This document shows positions 51,024 to 61,394 of a DNA stretch of 64,000 nucleotides, piece after piece; the stretch's first letter is position 1, and the number at the start of each line of letters is the position of its first letter. The DNA is taken from assembly GCA_965224195.1 (NCBI GenBank), contig OZ245040.1, forward strand, positions 1,728,001-1,792,000, given 5' to 3'. The notes under the pieces are model-generated. The model was not told where the DNA came from, did not search any database, and was given only the letters and a program-made list of their open reading frames with translations. The translations under genes were made by a program, and so were the position numbers. The stretch comes from Nitrosopumilus sp. (GTDB lineage: Archaea; Thermoproteota; Nitrososphaeria; Nitrososphaerales; Nitrosopumilaceae).

Positions 51024-52089
51024 GATGAGTTGTGCAACTAGTCCAATTTGAGTATAATCTCAACATTTTCTAATCATAAGATCCAAAGCTAAGACTGAAT
51101 TATTTTCAATTCATGTTTAATTGCACAAACTGGCAAAAAAACCAAAGCAATTCCTGTCAATAGCAGGACTAACTGTTCCACAGTTTGATTCCCTATACAA
51201 GGAAATAAAGAAAAATTGCAAAACTGCAGAACAAAAGGGATTGTCCAAAAATAGAGAAAGAGACATTGGTGCAGGACACAAGTTTGACTTGTCCTTCAAA
51301 GACAGAATTCTAATGTTTTTCATGTACTACAGAATGTACACAACATATGACATGCCAGGGATGATATTTGATTTGGACAAACCAAACGTAATGAGAAACA
51401 TCAGATATTTGGAGCCTGCAGTGAAGCAGTCCATTATAATTGCTGCCAAAAAATATGCAGACTCAAAAAAGATTAACGGCATGCAGGAATTGCAAGAATT
51501 CTTTCCGGAATTAGTTGCAATCACTGATGGCACAGAACAGCCCATCCCAAGACCAAAAAACAAAAAGAAAAGAAAGGCACACCATTCAGGCAAAAAGAAA
51601 AAACATGCAGTACAAAATCAAATCGCCATAAATCCTGATGGGATAACAATCCACAAATCTGCACATTCGCCTGGCAGCCATCATGATTACAGAATTTACA
51701 AATCAAAGCATCCAACATTATCTGAAGGGTTGCTGCAGTCTTATGATCTTGGATATTTGGGGATGGAAAAGGACTTTCCAGAACAGGCAAGTGTTTTGCC
51801 ATACAAGAAAAAGAAAGGAAAAAAATTGACTGTTGCTCAAAAGGAGTGGAACAAGATGCAGTCAAAAATTAGAATAAAAGTTGAACGTGCTATTGCACAA
51901 GTCAGGCAATTTCGGATAAATCGCGATGTGTTTAGAAACAAATTATGCAGATATGATGTGATAAGTGAAATTGTTTGTGGGACTGTCAATTTCAAGATTA
52001 AATGGAAAGAAGAATTCATTGCAATTCCATAAAATTAAGAATTAAATGATAGAAAAGTTAGATTTTTGCTTGTAATTACGCAACTCATC
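51024..52089 (+). mobile_element. IS5-family (ISL2-like) insertion sequence, 1066 bp, TA target duplication
   Basis: TIRs gatgagttgtgcaacta / taattacgcaactcatc, flanked by ta on both sides. Confidence 0.92.
51121..52032 (+). CDS. IS5-family DDE transposase
   Basis: DGTEQPIPRP, SGKKKKH, PGSHHD, DLGYLG, RIKVE. Confidence 0.92.
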   Translation: MHKLAKKPKQFLSIAGLTVPQFDSLYKEIKKNCKTAEQKGLSKNRERDIGAGHKFDLSFKDRILMFFMYYRMYTTYDMPGMIFDLDKPNVMRNIRYLEPAVKQSIIIAAKKYADSKKINGMQELQEFFPELVAITDGTEQPIPRPKNKKKRKAHHSGKKKKHAVQNQIAINPDGITIHKSAHSPGSHHDYRIYKSKHPTLSEGLLQSYDLGYLGMEKDFPEQASVLPYKKKKGKKLTVAQKEWNKMQSKIRIKVERAIAQVRQFRINRDVFRNKLCRYDVISEIVCGTVNFKIKWKEEFIAIP

Positions 52090-53139
52090 TATTTTCTGGA
52101 AGAGGTATCGGTAGAACCCAATTATGAGGAAAATTTGTAATGTTTGTGCCCCAATTTTTAACTTTATAAGCATCAGAGCTAAGATAGCCATTACTTAGAA
52201 AGATTCCAAGATGTTCAATAGGATTAGTAGCCACTCCAACTGGTATTTGTTTAGAGTAACCTCTGGACTCCATAACCTTAACTTTAGGATAAGAAATAGC
52301 CCCTTCTCTTCCATCAGGAAGTTTTTCTGTAACAATCATTGGATCATATATTATTGGTTGATATACAACGTCATAAACCCACAGTGGAATTAAGAATGAT
52401 GCAGGTACGATTCCCAAAAAAATCAATGTCTTTTTTAGACCATTAATTTTTTGATTCCAATTACGATTCAGAATAATATGATTAATCATAATTAAAAAGA
52501 AAAAGAAAATAGCTGTTTCTTTAATTAAAAATGCAAAATCCAAAGGCAATGCTGCAAGATAATATCTCTTTTTAATATAAAAATAAAACGACAATATTCC
52601 AAAAAACATCAATGGTATATCTCTCAAAAAAAGACTTGAATGTACAAAGAATATTGTATCAAATGACAATATTGCTGTGGCCAAAAGAGCATTTTTTTCT
52701 GATGTATATTCACGAAATATTTTATAAAAAACAAACAAGGACATTGCCCCAAAAATTACAGATGGGATTCTCCATGAGAACCAATTATCTCCAAAAACAA
52801 TAGTTGCAGTACCTTGGAAAAAATTAATTCCAGGAAGTTGATATGGAACGTGGTCTTCACCTTTGAGAAAATCTCGCATTATTTCAATAAAAATAGATTC
52901 ATCCCAAATTTGTAAAAATTGAGGTTGTGAAATAACAAAAATATGAAAAATTATTGAAATGAGAATTATGTGGGTGATTGTTACTTTATGAACATATTCC
53001 TGAAGCAATATTCAAACATAAAATAGTTTGATTAAAAATCTTTAAAAATAAAATTAGTTTGTACCGTAATTGATAGATCTCTAAAACATCCAAACTAAGC
53101 CTATTTTGTGCCTATAATACCAGTCATTTCTGACCAATC

Positions 53140-53823
53140 TTATTCGTAATTTGCAGCTCTTTGTACTTGGAATTTCTTTCTGAATAGAAAAGCTGCAATC
53201 ATAGTCCCAACATATGGTGCAGTCCAATAGAGCCATAGATTCTCAAAGGTTCCAGACAACAATGCAGGGGCCAATGCTCTAGCAGGATTCATTGACGCTC
53301 CAGAAATAAAAGCCAAAAACAAAATATCCAATCCAACAATTCCTCCAATTGCAACTCCACTGAATCCTCTAAGACCTTTTGTGTATACAACATAGAAAAT
53401 GACACCCATAAGCATTGCAGAAGCCAAAACTTCAACTGGAAAAATTACAAATATTGAAAAATCAAGATTTGGTGCATTCACTCCAAGATTCACTTTTTCT
53501 CCAATGAAAGATAAAACAAAAAGAGAACCTAATACTGCACCAATTATTTCTGCTGCAAAATAATACACAACTTGAATTTTTGATATATGTCCTGTAATGT
53601 AATAACCAATAGTTACTGCAGGGTTAAAATGTGCAAGGGATATTTTTCCAAAAGAGTAGACACCAATTAGTAGTGCAATAAATGGTGCTACAGCTGCAAA
53701 TGGAATTCCTAATTGTCCATCAAAGACTTCAGCGTCATAAACTATTGAACCAGTTGCAAAAACTACAAGAATAAATGTTCCAACTAGTTCAACTGTAAAA
53801 ATCTGTAAATTTGAATAGGCCAT
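53140..53823 (-). CDS. MIP/aquaporin channel
   Basis: HFNPAVT and SMNPARA. Confidence 0.95.
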   Translation of the reverse strand: MAYSNLQIFTVELVGTFILVVFATGSIVYDAEVFDGQLGIPFAAVAPFIALLIGVYSFGKISLAHFNPAVTIGYYITGHISKIQVVYYFAAEIIGAVLGSLFVLSFIGEKVNLGVNAPNLDFSIFVIFPVEVLASAMLMGVIFYVVYTKGLRGFSGVAIGGIVGLDILFLAFISGASMNPARALAPALLSGTFENLWLYWTAPYVGTMIAAFLFRKKFQVQRAANYE

Positions 53824-54230
53824 TAGTTATTTCCATCAAAAGATTGAATAAGATTCATTACTTCAAATTTTATTTTATCACGAATTATTCTAACATCATC
53901 AAGTGATTTCTCTTTTGGATCAGAAATACTCCAATCAATAACATCTTTAACAAATAAAGAAGGGCATGATTCTTTGTCCATACACCCCATGTTTACAGTT
54001 TTAAAAGAATTATCAATCATTGAATCAGATAATAGTTTTGGTTGTTGATTTTTCATATCAATACCAACTTCTTTCATTACCTGAATTACAATTGGATTGA
54101 GTTGGGAGGATGGTATTGTACCTGCACTAGAAACGTTGAAATGATTTGAAGTAAATTTTCTAAAAAAAGCCTCAGCCATTTGGCTTCTACCCGCATTTTC
54201 TACGCACACAAAGAGGATATTTTTAGTCAT
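53823..54230 (-). CDS. arsC: Arsenate reductase (LMW-PTP family)
   Basis: CVENAGRSQMAE, W.ISDP. Confidence 0.9.
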   Translation of the reverse strand: MTKNILFVCVENAGRSQMAEAFFRKFTSNHFNVSSAGTIPSSQLNPIVIQVMKEVGIDMKNQQPKLLSDSMIDNSFKTVNMGCMDKESCPSLFVKDVIDWSISDPKEKSLDDVRIIRDKIKFEVMNLIQSFDGNN

Positions 54231-54257
54231 TCTTCATTATCACATAAATACCAGTTT

Positions 54258-54277
54258 ATATAAATTTGAATTGATAT
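54258..54277. promoter_or_regulatory. Probable ArsR operator (imperfect palindrome)
   Basis: atataaa-tttgaa-ttgatat between divergent arsC and arsR. Confidence 0.55.
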
Positions 54278-54575
54278 GAATGGCGTCAGTCTCTTAAAAT
54301 GTATTTGTGATGAGACACGTTTTGAAATTTTAGAATTATTGCAAAAAAATAAAGAACTATGTGTAAATGATTTTGTAGAAAAATTAGAAAAAGATCAACC
54401 ACTAGTCTCACATCATCTAAAAACACTAAAAAAATGTGGAATAGTCAAATCAAGAGACGAAGGTAAAAAAGCAATGTACACAATTTCAAACAATCAACTA
54501 TCAGAATTGATTTCAATTGTTACTAAAACAAGCAAAAAAATCCCAGTTTTATGTTCAGATGGTAATTGCTGTTAA
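54276..54575 (+). CDS. arsR: ArsR/SmtB regulator with C-terminal Cys
   Basis: DETRFEIL, ELCV, QPLVSHHL, terminal C..CC. Confidence 0.9.
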   Translation: MNGVSLLKCICDETRFEILELLQKNKELCVNDFVEKLEKDQPLVSHHLKTLKKCGIVKSRDEGKKAMYTISNNQLSELISIVTKTSKKIPVLCSDGNCC

Positions 54576-54874
54576 AATTTTTCAGTTCGTACTACGCCAA
54601 CATCACTAACATAGAGAACAATTGCAAAATTTGCAAATAATGTTCTTGAAATTTCTTCTACAACATCTTGTAATTTTTCTTCACGCATAATAACTTCAAC
54701 TTTAACATTTTTTTCAGTTTTTAATCCTTGTCCACGAATTCCACATGCACCATTCCCATCAACCTCATAAGTTGTATATCCAGTGATATCATGTTTGGCT
54801 AAAATTTCAATGATGTTCTTTTGAGCAAGAATCTCACAAGTAATTGTAAGTAATTTTACGTTGTATAATTTCAT
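54572..54874 (-). CDS. sbtB: PII-like regulator SbtB
   Basis: ITGYT..V.GNG, NVKVEV, VVR..KF; coupled to sbtA. Confidence 0.85.
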   Translation of the reverse strand: MKLYNVKLLTITCEILAQKNIIEILAKHDITGYTTYEVDGNGACGIRGQGLKTEKNVKVEVIMREEKLQDVVEEISRTLFANFAIVLYVSDVGVVRTEKF

Positions 54875-55956
54875 ATCCAATCCTTTGTGAGATAATGGAA
54901 TAAGTCTATCGATCCTTCTCCGTTATGTACAATTGTCGAGATGGCAAACATGATAGGAAGTAAGACTATGATATTGTAGGGAAATGTAATTCCTAAAGCA
55001 GATGTGATGTAAAGACTTGGTTTTGCTTGTGGAATTGAATGACGTAACACTGCAGGTGCTGCAATAAATGAAGCACTAGCCAAAAGTAAACCAAACATTA
55101 CTGCCCCACCTAGGCTCAATCCCATGGCAGTTGCCACCAATACACCAACTATTCCATTGAATGTTGGCATAATTATTGCAAATATAGTAAGAAAAATTCC
55201 GACTTTTTTGATATCATCTAATCTTTGACCTGCAATGATTCCCATCTCAATCATAAAAATTACAATTGCACCAGTAAACATTTCATCAAAGACAATTCTA
55301 ATTGAGCTAAACCCATCTTCTCCAATAATATAACCAATAACTATACTTCCTAAGAGAATTACAATTGCTTTACCAGTTATTGAATCATGTAATACATGAG
55401 AGAGTTTTGTTTTTGTTTCTTGAATACCCATATCAAGATCTGATGTATCACCTTTAGAAACAGATTCTTTTTTCTGTCTAATTTGTTTTGAAACTGCCAT
55501 GTTTGTCAAAAATATCGCCATAATGAAAGCAACAGGTTCTAAAACGGCTAAAATTGCTGCAAGATATCCTTCAGAAGTTACACCTTGATTCTTTAAGAAT
55601 GACAACCCAACCGAAAATGTAACTGCACCTACTGCTCCATATGTAGATGCTAATGCATATGAATCAAAAATATTAAACTTTCCTAATCTTCGTAAAATTT
55701 GATAATGATTTAATGTAAACAGCAAAGACAACCCAATTGCAACTAACATTGGAATCAACATATTTTCAAATCCAGTATTTCTCATCTCTATTCCACCATG
55801 AAGACCAATTGCTGCAAGAAGATAGATTGGCAAAAATTCAGAAATTGCTTCTGGGATTTTTAAATCAGATTTTATTCTAGCTGCAATAATTCCAAATAAG
55901 AAAAAGAGGATTATTGGAGTAAGTAAATTAGATTGTATTAATTGTAAAATGTCCAT
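54871..55956 (-). CDS. sbtA: Sodium-dependent bicarbonate transporter SbtA
   Basis: KSDLKIP, YGAVGAVTF, ASASFIAAPA, LGITFPYN. Confidence 0.92.
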   Translation of the reverse strand: MDILQLIQSNLLTPIILFFLFGIIAARIKSDLKIPEAISEFLPIYLLAAIGLHGGIEMRNTGFENMLIPMLVAIGLSLLFTLNHYQILRRLGKFNIFDSYALASTYGAVGAVTFSVGLSFLKNQGVTSEGYLAAILAVLEPVAFIMAIFLTNMAVSKQIRQKKESVSKGDTSDLDMGIQETKTKLSHVLHDSITGKAIVILLGSIVIGYIIGEDGFSSIRIVFDEMFTGAIVIFMIEMGIIAGQRLDDIKKVGIFLTIFAIIMPTFNGIVGVLVATAMGLSLGGAVMFGLLLASASFIAAPAVLRHSIPQAKPSLYITSALGITFPYNIIVLLPIMFAISTIVHNGEGSIDLFHYLTKDWI

Positions 55957-56009
55957 TTGAATATTTCAAAAAAATTTTGCTGAAATAAAAACCAAGGTAT
56001 TATTGAAAA

Positions 56010-56996
56010 TCAAACAAACAGGTGAATCAGATATGTAAATCCAATTCCCATGGCAGCACTGCCAGGAATAGTTATAATCCATGAAAATACAATTTGCCTA
56101 CTAACTTTCCATCTTACTGCACGTTTCCTACGAGATGCACCTGCACCCATGATAGTTCCTGTAATTGCGTGCGTGGTACTAGCAGGAATACCAAATATTG
56201 CAAATACTGCAAGCATCAATCCACCGCTAGTTTCTGCTGCAAATCCCTGGTACGGCTTGAGTTTTGTGATTTTGACTCCAAGTGTTTTGATAACTTTGTA
56301 TCCCCCAAAGAAAGTACCCAATCCCATGGCAGTTGCTGCAGCAAAGATCACCCATAAGGGCATCTCAAGTTCAGGAATCATTCCTGCTGAAAATAAAATT
56401 AAAACAATAATACCCATTGTTTTTTGTCCATCATTTGCTCCATGGGTTAATGCAAACCAAGCTGATGAGATAATTTGTAATTTACCAAATGTTTTGTTCA
56501 CAGGTCCAGGTTTGTATTTTGCAAAGACTGTAATTATCAAAGTAGTTAGCAAAAGACCAAATATTATACCACCAATAGGCGCAACTACAATTCCTGCAAA
56601 GACTTTGGTTAAACCACCATAAACTAATTTCTCAAATCCTAATCCTGCAATACCTGCACCCATAATCCCTCCAACCAAAGAATGACTGTTTGAAATTGGT
56701 AATCCAAAATAAGTACATAGAGTACTCCATCCAATAGCACCTGCCAACCCACCAATTATCATGTAAACAGTAATGTCATCAGGGCTGACAATTCCTTTGG
56801 CAATAGTGGTTGCTACTGCAACACCAAAAACAAATGGCCCAATGAAATTCATTGCAGCTGATAAACCTACAGCATGGATTGGTTTTAGAACACGAGTTCC
56901 AATAACTGTGGCAACAGAATTTGCTGAATCATTAAACCCATTTACAAAATCAAAGATTAATGCTACAATAATTGCACCTATTGCTATTTCTAACAT
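56010..56996 (-). CDS. pit: Inorganic phosphate transporter (PiT)
   Basis: GFNDSAN, HGANDGQK, PASTTH. Confidence 0.95.
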   Translation of the reverse strand: MLEIAIGAIIVALIFDFVNGFNDSANSVATVIGTRVLKPIHAVGLSAAMNFIGPFVFGVAVATTIAKGIVSPDDITVYMIIGGLAGAIGWSTLCTYFGLPISNSHSLVGGIMGAGIAGLGFEKLVYGGLTKVFAGIVVAPIGGIIFGLLLTTLIITVFAKYKPGPVNKTFGKLQIISSAWFALTHGANDGQKTMGIIVLILFSAGMIPELEMPLWVIFAAATAMGLGTFFGGYKVIKTLGVKITKLKPYQGFAAETSGGLMLAVFAIFGIPASTTHAITGTIMGAGASRRKRAVRWKVSRQIVFSWIITIPGSAAMGIGFTYLIHLFV

Positions 56997-57005
56997 TTAA
57001 TCATC

Positions 57006-57635
57006 TCATGTGTATTTTAAAACGATATCTTCAATGACATCTGCAACATCAACACATCTATCAGATGCAGTCTCCATTGTTTCATAGATATCTTTTAGTT
57101 TGATGATTTTAATTGCATCTTCAGATTCAAAAAGTTCTTTGATGGCTTCTCGATACAAATCATCAACTGTGTGCTCTATATCACCAGTATTTCTACAATG
57201 TTGAATCATATCTTTTGGATTTTTGATACGCTGTAATTTTGAAATCATATATTCTACTTCTTTTGTAGCTTTGACTAATTCATTAGCCATCTCTACAGTG
57301 TATGGTGGAGGAGTAGTGATTTTGTAGCTGTAAACTCTTGCTGCAATTCCATCCATGAAATCAATTACATCATCAATTTTTGATGCAATTCTCTGCATAT
57401 CCTCACGATCTAGAGGAGTGATGAAGGTCTTGTTTAGTTCAGAAAATATATCACGTGTTAAGACATCAGCCTCAGTTTCAAGTTCATGAATCTTTTTTGC
57501 TTGTTCAACATTAGTAAGATCATCAAATAAAACCACTACGGCTTCAGAAGTTTCAACTGCTTTTTTTGCTAAATTATCAAGAATTGTTAAGAGTTCTTTT
57601 TCATTGGATTTTAACCAAGATAACCATTGTACCAT
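57006..57635 (-). CDS. DUF47 / PhoU-like Pit accessory protein
   Basis: TFITPLDRED. Confidence 0.92.
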   Translation of the reverse strand: MVQWLSWLKSNEKELLTILDNLAKKAVETSEAVVVLFDDLTNVEQAKKIHELETEADVLTRDIFSELNKTFITPLDREDMQRIASKIDDVIDFMDGIAARVYSYKITTPPPYTVEMANELVKATKEVEYMISKLQRIKNPKDMIQHCRNTGDIEHTVDDLYREAIKELFESEDAIKIIKLKDIYETMETASDRCVDVADVIEDIVLKYT

Positions 57636-57746
57636 GATTCATTGAATGTATTTTGTAATATAGTCCTAGCCAACATACAGTCTATTGTTCTATATAGTAA
57701 CAGGATCAATTACATATTTTATTTTGATCGGGTATAGAAATAATTT

Positions 57747-59315
57747 TTATTCTTCACAATTGATCAATAGATCTTTGATTGAATCAATATAACATCTATC
57801 AGAATAAGAACCACCATCAATTACATCTGAACCAGAATTGGCATAAATTAAATCACTACCAGATTGACCCTTTAGAATATCATTCCCAGAATTACCTTTG
57901 ATTGTATCATTTCCATCATCTCCAGAAATAATATCATCTCCAGCACCACCAAAAATACAATCATTTCCTAGTCCTCCAGAGATTAGATCATTTCCACCCA
58001 ATCCAAATATTAGATCATCCCCATCAGTTCCAGAAATAACATCATCTTCAGAAGTTCCTTCTATGAGATTATAATCAGAATAACTATGTCCACATGCATT
58101 AACAGTAATTCTTTGAGTGTCAGTTGAACTATGTCCAGCGTTATCAAAAGCAATCCAAATTAGATTTGTGATGCCTGGTTTGAATGCATCAGGAGCATTG
58201 TTTATGATAATTTTAATTCCACTTGCATCAGTAGCATTTGCATTTCCAACAAATACATCAGTTAGCATATCTTCAGCCTCTACAACAATTGAATCAGGGG
58301 CAATGATTATAGGCTTTATTTGATCTCCAGACGAAGGTCTTGTTTCAGCAGGGACAACAAAATAAGATTCTACAGGACTTTCAAAAAAGGTTGTTTCAAA
58401 TGATTTTATTGAATGGGTTGGAGAATCTACAACTAGTAATTCACCATTTATTCCAATTACCATGTCAGTGATTTCTTTAAAAGAATCAAGATAAGGGCCA
58501 TTTTGATCAGATAAGCTGAGTCGTAAATTAGAATTTTGAGATAAATGTAAAATTTTGTTAGTGTAAGAATTTACAACCAACATATCGCCATTAGGATCAA
58601 TCACTAATGCTTCAGGTGAGAAAACATAACTTGGAAAGTAAAAAGAAAATGATTGTAGTAATTCACCGTCTGCAGAAAATTTCTCAATTTTTCCATTTCC
58701 TTTATCAGTGACAAAAATATTTCCATATTCATCTGCAGCAATTCCAGAAACATTAAGGAATTGCCCAGGACCTAAACCACTAGAACCAAATGATGAGATA
58801 AATTTACCATCAGTAGAAAAAACTTGAATCCTTTGATTTCCCGTATCAACTACATACAAAAGTCCATTGCTTAGAGTTATTCCATTAGGATAGAAAAATT
58901 GTCCTTCAGCAGTTCCTTTTTTACCCCATGTTGTAATAAATTCACCATCCAAAGAAAATTTTTGAATTCTATTTAGATCACGGTCTACAACAAAAACTGA
59001 ATCGTCACTTACGGCAATTCCAGTAGGATTATAAAAATCTCCTAATTGCTTTCCGCTGTTACCCCAATGAGACACATATTCCCCAGTACTAGAGAATTTT
59101 TGAATGCGTTTGTTACCAAAGTCACTAACATAGATACTGCCATTTTCGCCTACTGCAATGAATTGAGGAAAAGCAAAATGACTAGGTTCTGTAGGTCCAT
59201 ATTTTCCCCATTTGTATAATAAATCATAATCTCCAGATGCAAAAGATGTTTGTGCAAATGAACTAGTTAGTAATACTGCAAAAAGAATCATCAAGGTAAG
59301 AAATAGTTTCAACAA
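57747..59315 (-). CDS. Secreted NHL-repeat beta-propeller with HYR-like and RTX Ca-binding repeats
   Basis: Signal peptide; GQF..P.GI..YV.D.GN.RIQ repeats; GGLGNDCIFGGAGDDIISG nonapeptides. Confidence 0.9.
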   Translation of the reverse strand: MLKLFLTLMILFAVLLTSSFAQTSFASGDYDLLYKWGKYGPTEPSHFAFPQFIAVGENGSIYVSDFGNKRIQKFSSTGEYVSHWGNSGKQLGDFYNPTGIAVSDDSVFVVDRDLNRIQKFSLDGEFITTWGKKGTAEGQFFYPNGITLSNGLLYVVDTGNQRIQVFSTDGKFISSFGSSGLGPGQFLNVSGIAADEYGNIFVTDKGNGKIEKFSADGELLQSFSFYFPSYVFSPEALVIDPNGDMLVVNSYTNKILHLSQNSNLRLSLSDQNGPYLDSFKEITDMVIGINGELLVVDSPTHSIKSFETTFFESPVESYFVVPAETRPSSGDQIKPIIIAPDSIVVEAEDMLTDVFVGNANATDASGIKIIINNAPDAFKPGITNLIWIAFDNAGHSSTDTQRITVNACGHSYSDYNLIEGTSEDDVISGTDGDDLIFGLGGNDLISGGLGNDCIFGGAGDDIISGDDGNDTIKGNSGNDILKGQSGSDLIYANSGSDVIDGGSYSDRCYIDSIKDLLINCEE

Positions 59316-59383
59316 TCAGTCATTACAAAATATGAGAAACATAACCAGAGTTAGATTATGTTGCAATTATTGTCAATTTTTTG

Positions 59384-60169
59384 TCAAAATGGCTTATTCA
59401 CTTCACGCGTAAACACATAGCTTGCAAGTGCCACCATTGCAAGAACAAATGCAATTAAAACTCCTAGGCTCAAAATTATTGGAATACCACCCTCAGAAAC
59501 TCCCGTCATTAACTCTCTTACCAGTAAAACTGTGTATGTTACAGGATTTAGTTTTGCAATTACTGCAAGCCAATCAGGAAGTAACTCTAATGGGAATAAT
59601 GCAGGACTGAGCATGAATAATGGCATTCCAAGAAAATTAATCATGCCCCAAAAAGTTTCTTGGGACTTTGCAGTAGCTGCAATCATTACAGATATCCCTG
59701 AAAATCCTAAAGAAAATAAAATAACTATCGCCATTATTGGCACAATCATTATCGGATTAGGGAAATTAACACCGATAGCTAAAGCAATCCCTATAATCAA
59801 ACTAGCTTGCAATGCAGCAATCAAAGAGATTGCAGACATTTTTCCCAATGCAATTGCAGAACGGGAAATTGGAGAAGACAGAGCCTTGTTCATAAAACCA
59901 TACCGTCTATCCCACAAAGTATTGACACCACCAAAAATACTTGTAAAAATTGCAGTGAGGATTATGACACCAGGGGCCATAAATTCAATATATTCACCTT
60001 CAAATCCAACTGATTGAATTAATGGTTGTGTTCCAGAAAAGGTATTTCCAATTACTATAATCCAAATTGCAGGTTGGATTAAACGAATTAAAACGCCACT
60101 GCGGGATTTTTTGTATCTCTTTAACTCTCTCCAAAAAATTGTATAGGTATCATAAAATAAATTATTCAT
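59384..60169 (-). CDS. ABC-2 type exporter permease
   Basis: 6 TM, NPVTY. Confidence 0.92.
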   Translation of the reverse strand: MNNLFYDTYTIFWRELKRYKKSRSGVLIRLIQPAIWIIVIGNTFSGTQPLIQSVGFEGEYIEFMAPGVIILTAIFTSIFGGVNTLWDRRYGFMNKALSSPISRSAIALGKMSAISLIAALQASLIIGIALAIGVNFPNPIMIVPIMAIVILFSLGFSGISVMIAATAKSQETFWGMINFLGMPLFMLSPALFPLELLPDWLAVIAKLNPVTYTVLLVRELMTGVSEGGIPIILSLGVLIAFVLAMVALASYVFTREVNKPF

Positions 60170-61164
60170 GCACGTAACCTCTTCATTTTTGCATGTTCAC
60201 GTTTTCTATTAAATCCAGAATCATCACCTTTAATTTCATGTCCAGTGTATGAGATGAAAACATCATCAAGTGTTGGTTGTGTTAGAGATATTGATTTTAT
60301 CTTAATATCAAGTTCTGATGAGATTTGAAAAATTTTAGGAATTACTTCAGTACCATTTGATGCAAAAAGAGTAAGTTTAGAACCATCTTCATTAATCTTT
60401 TTTACAAATTCAATTTTTCTAATTTTAGATAAGAAAGTTTCATGATCCCCTCCTTCATTAATCATAATAGAAATTACTTCATTGCCCATTGCGTTTTTCA
60501 TATTTTCTGGAGAATCAACCGCCTGGATTTTACCACCGTCAATGATTCCTACTCTATCACATAATTGGTCAGCCTCCTCCATATAGTGAGTAGAAACAAA
60601 AATAGTCATGTCAAATTCAATGTGAATTTTTTTGATATATTCCCAAATTTTCCTACGAGTTTGAATATCTAATCCGACTGTAAGCTCATCTAGAAATAAC
60701 ACTTTAGGTCTATGCAGTAATCCCCCTGCAATATCTAATCTTTTTCTCATTCCACCAGAATAAGTTACAACCGCCTGATCTTGTTTGTCAACAAGTTCGA
60801 TTAATTCTAAAACATCATCAATCCGTTTGTTGATTTCATTTCTTGGAATGTGATTTAATTTTGCTTGTAACAAAAGATTTTCTCGTCCTGTGAGATATTC
60901 ATCGACTGTAGATTCTTGTTGAACATAACCAATATTTTCTCTAACTTTTTTGGGATTTGCAGTTACATCAAATCCTGAAATTAATGCTTCTCCAGATGTA
61001 GATTTGAGTAAAGTGGTCAAAATCATCATGGCGGTACTTTTACCAGCACCATTTGGTCCAAGAAATCCAAAGATTTCTCCTTTTTCAACTGAAAATGAAA
61101 TATCATTTACTGCAATGGTATCACCAAATGACTTAGTAAGAGATTTTGTCTCTATAGAATACAT
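60166..61164 (-). CDS. ABC exporter ATPase (DrrA-like)
   Basis: GPNGAGKS, YSGGM, LFLDE, THYMEEA. Confidence 0.94.
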   Translation of the reverse strand: MYSIETKSLTKSFGDTIAVNDISFSVEKGEIFGFLGPNGAGKSTAMMILTTLLKSTSGEALISGFDVTANPKKVRENIGYVQQESTVDEYLTGRENLLLQAKLNHIPRNEINKRIDDVLELIELVDKQDQAVVTYSGGMRKRLDIAGGLLHRPKVLFLDELTVGLDIQTRRKIWEYIKKIHIEFDMTIFVSTHYMEEADQLCDRVGIIDGGKIQAVDSPENMKNAMGNEVISIMINEGGDHETFLSKIRKIEFVKKINEDGSKLTLFASNGTEVIPKIFQISSELDIKIKSISLTQPTLDDVFISYTGHEIKGDDSGFNRKREHAKMKRLRA

Positions 61165-61256
61165 CACATTGATCGCAGTTATCAATTATAAATTGCTAAG
61201 TATTAGCTTAGCCGATCCTCATAAAAAATTTAAAGACCAAATAACGAATTCAAGAC

Positions 61257-61355
61257 ATGAAAGGATTATGTCAAAAATGCCACTCATCAAATGTTGAAGT
61301 TACAGTTCAAGAAGGAATTCCTGTTTGCGACGTCTGTATTAAAAAATCAGATTAA
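61257..61355 (+). CDS. 32-aa Zn-ribbon microprotein
   Basis: MKGLCQKCHSSNVEVTVQEGIPVCDVCIKKSD; tttaa TATA-like element ~27 nt upstream. Confidence 0.65.
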   Translation: MKGLCQKCHSSNVEVTVQEGIPVCDVCIKKSD

Positions 61356-61394
61356 ACAAAAGATGTTATTTTGAAAAAAGAAAATTAAAAGAAA

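Larger units (their letters stand above)
50600..53008 (-). pseudogene. GT39/PMT-like membrane glycosyltransferase split by an IS
   Basis: IWDE motif, SWRIPS, many TM; removing 51024-52091 restores the frame (PLPENNANGLGW). Confidence 0.9.
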
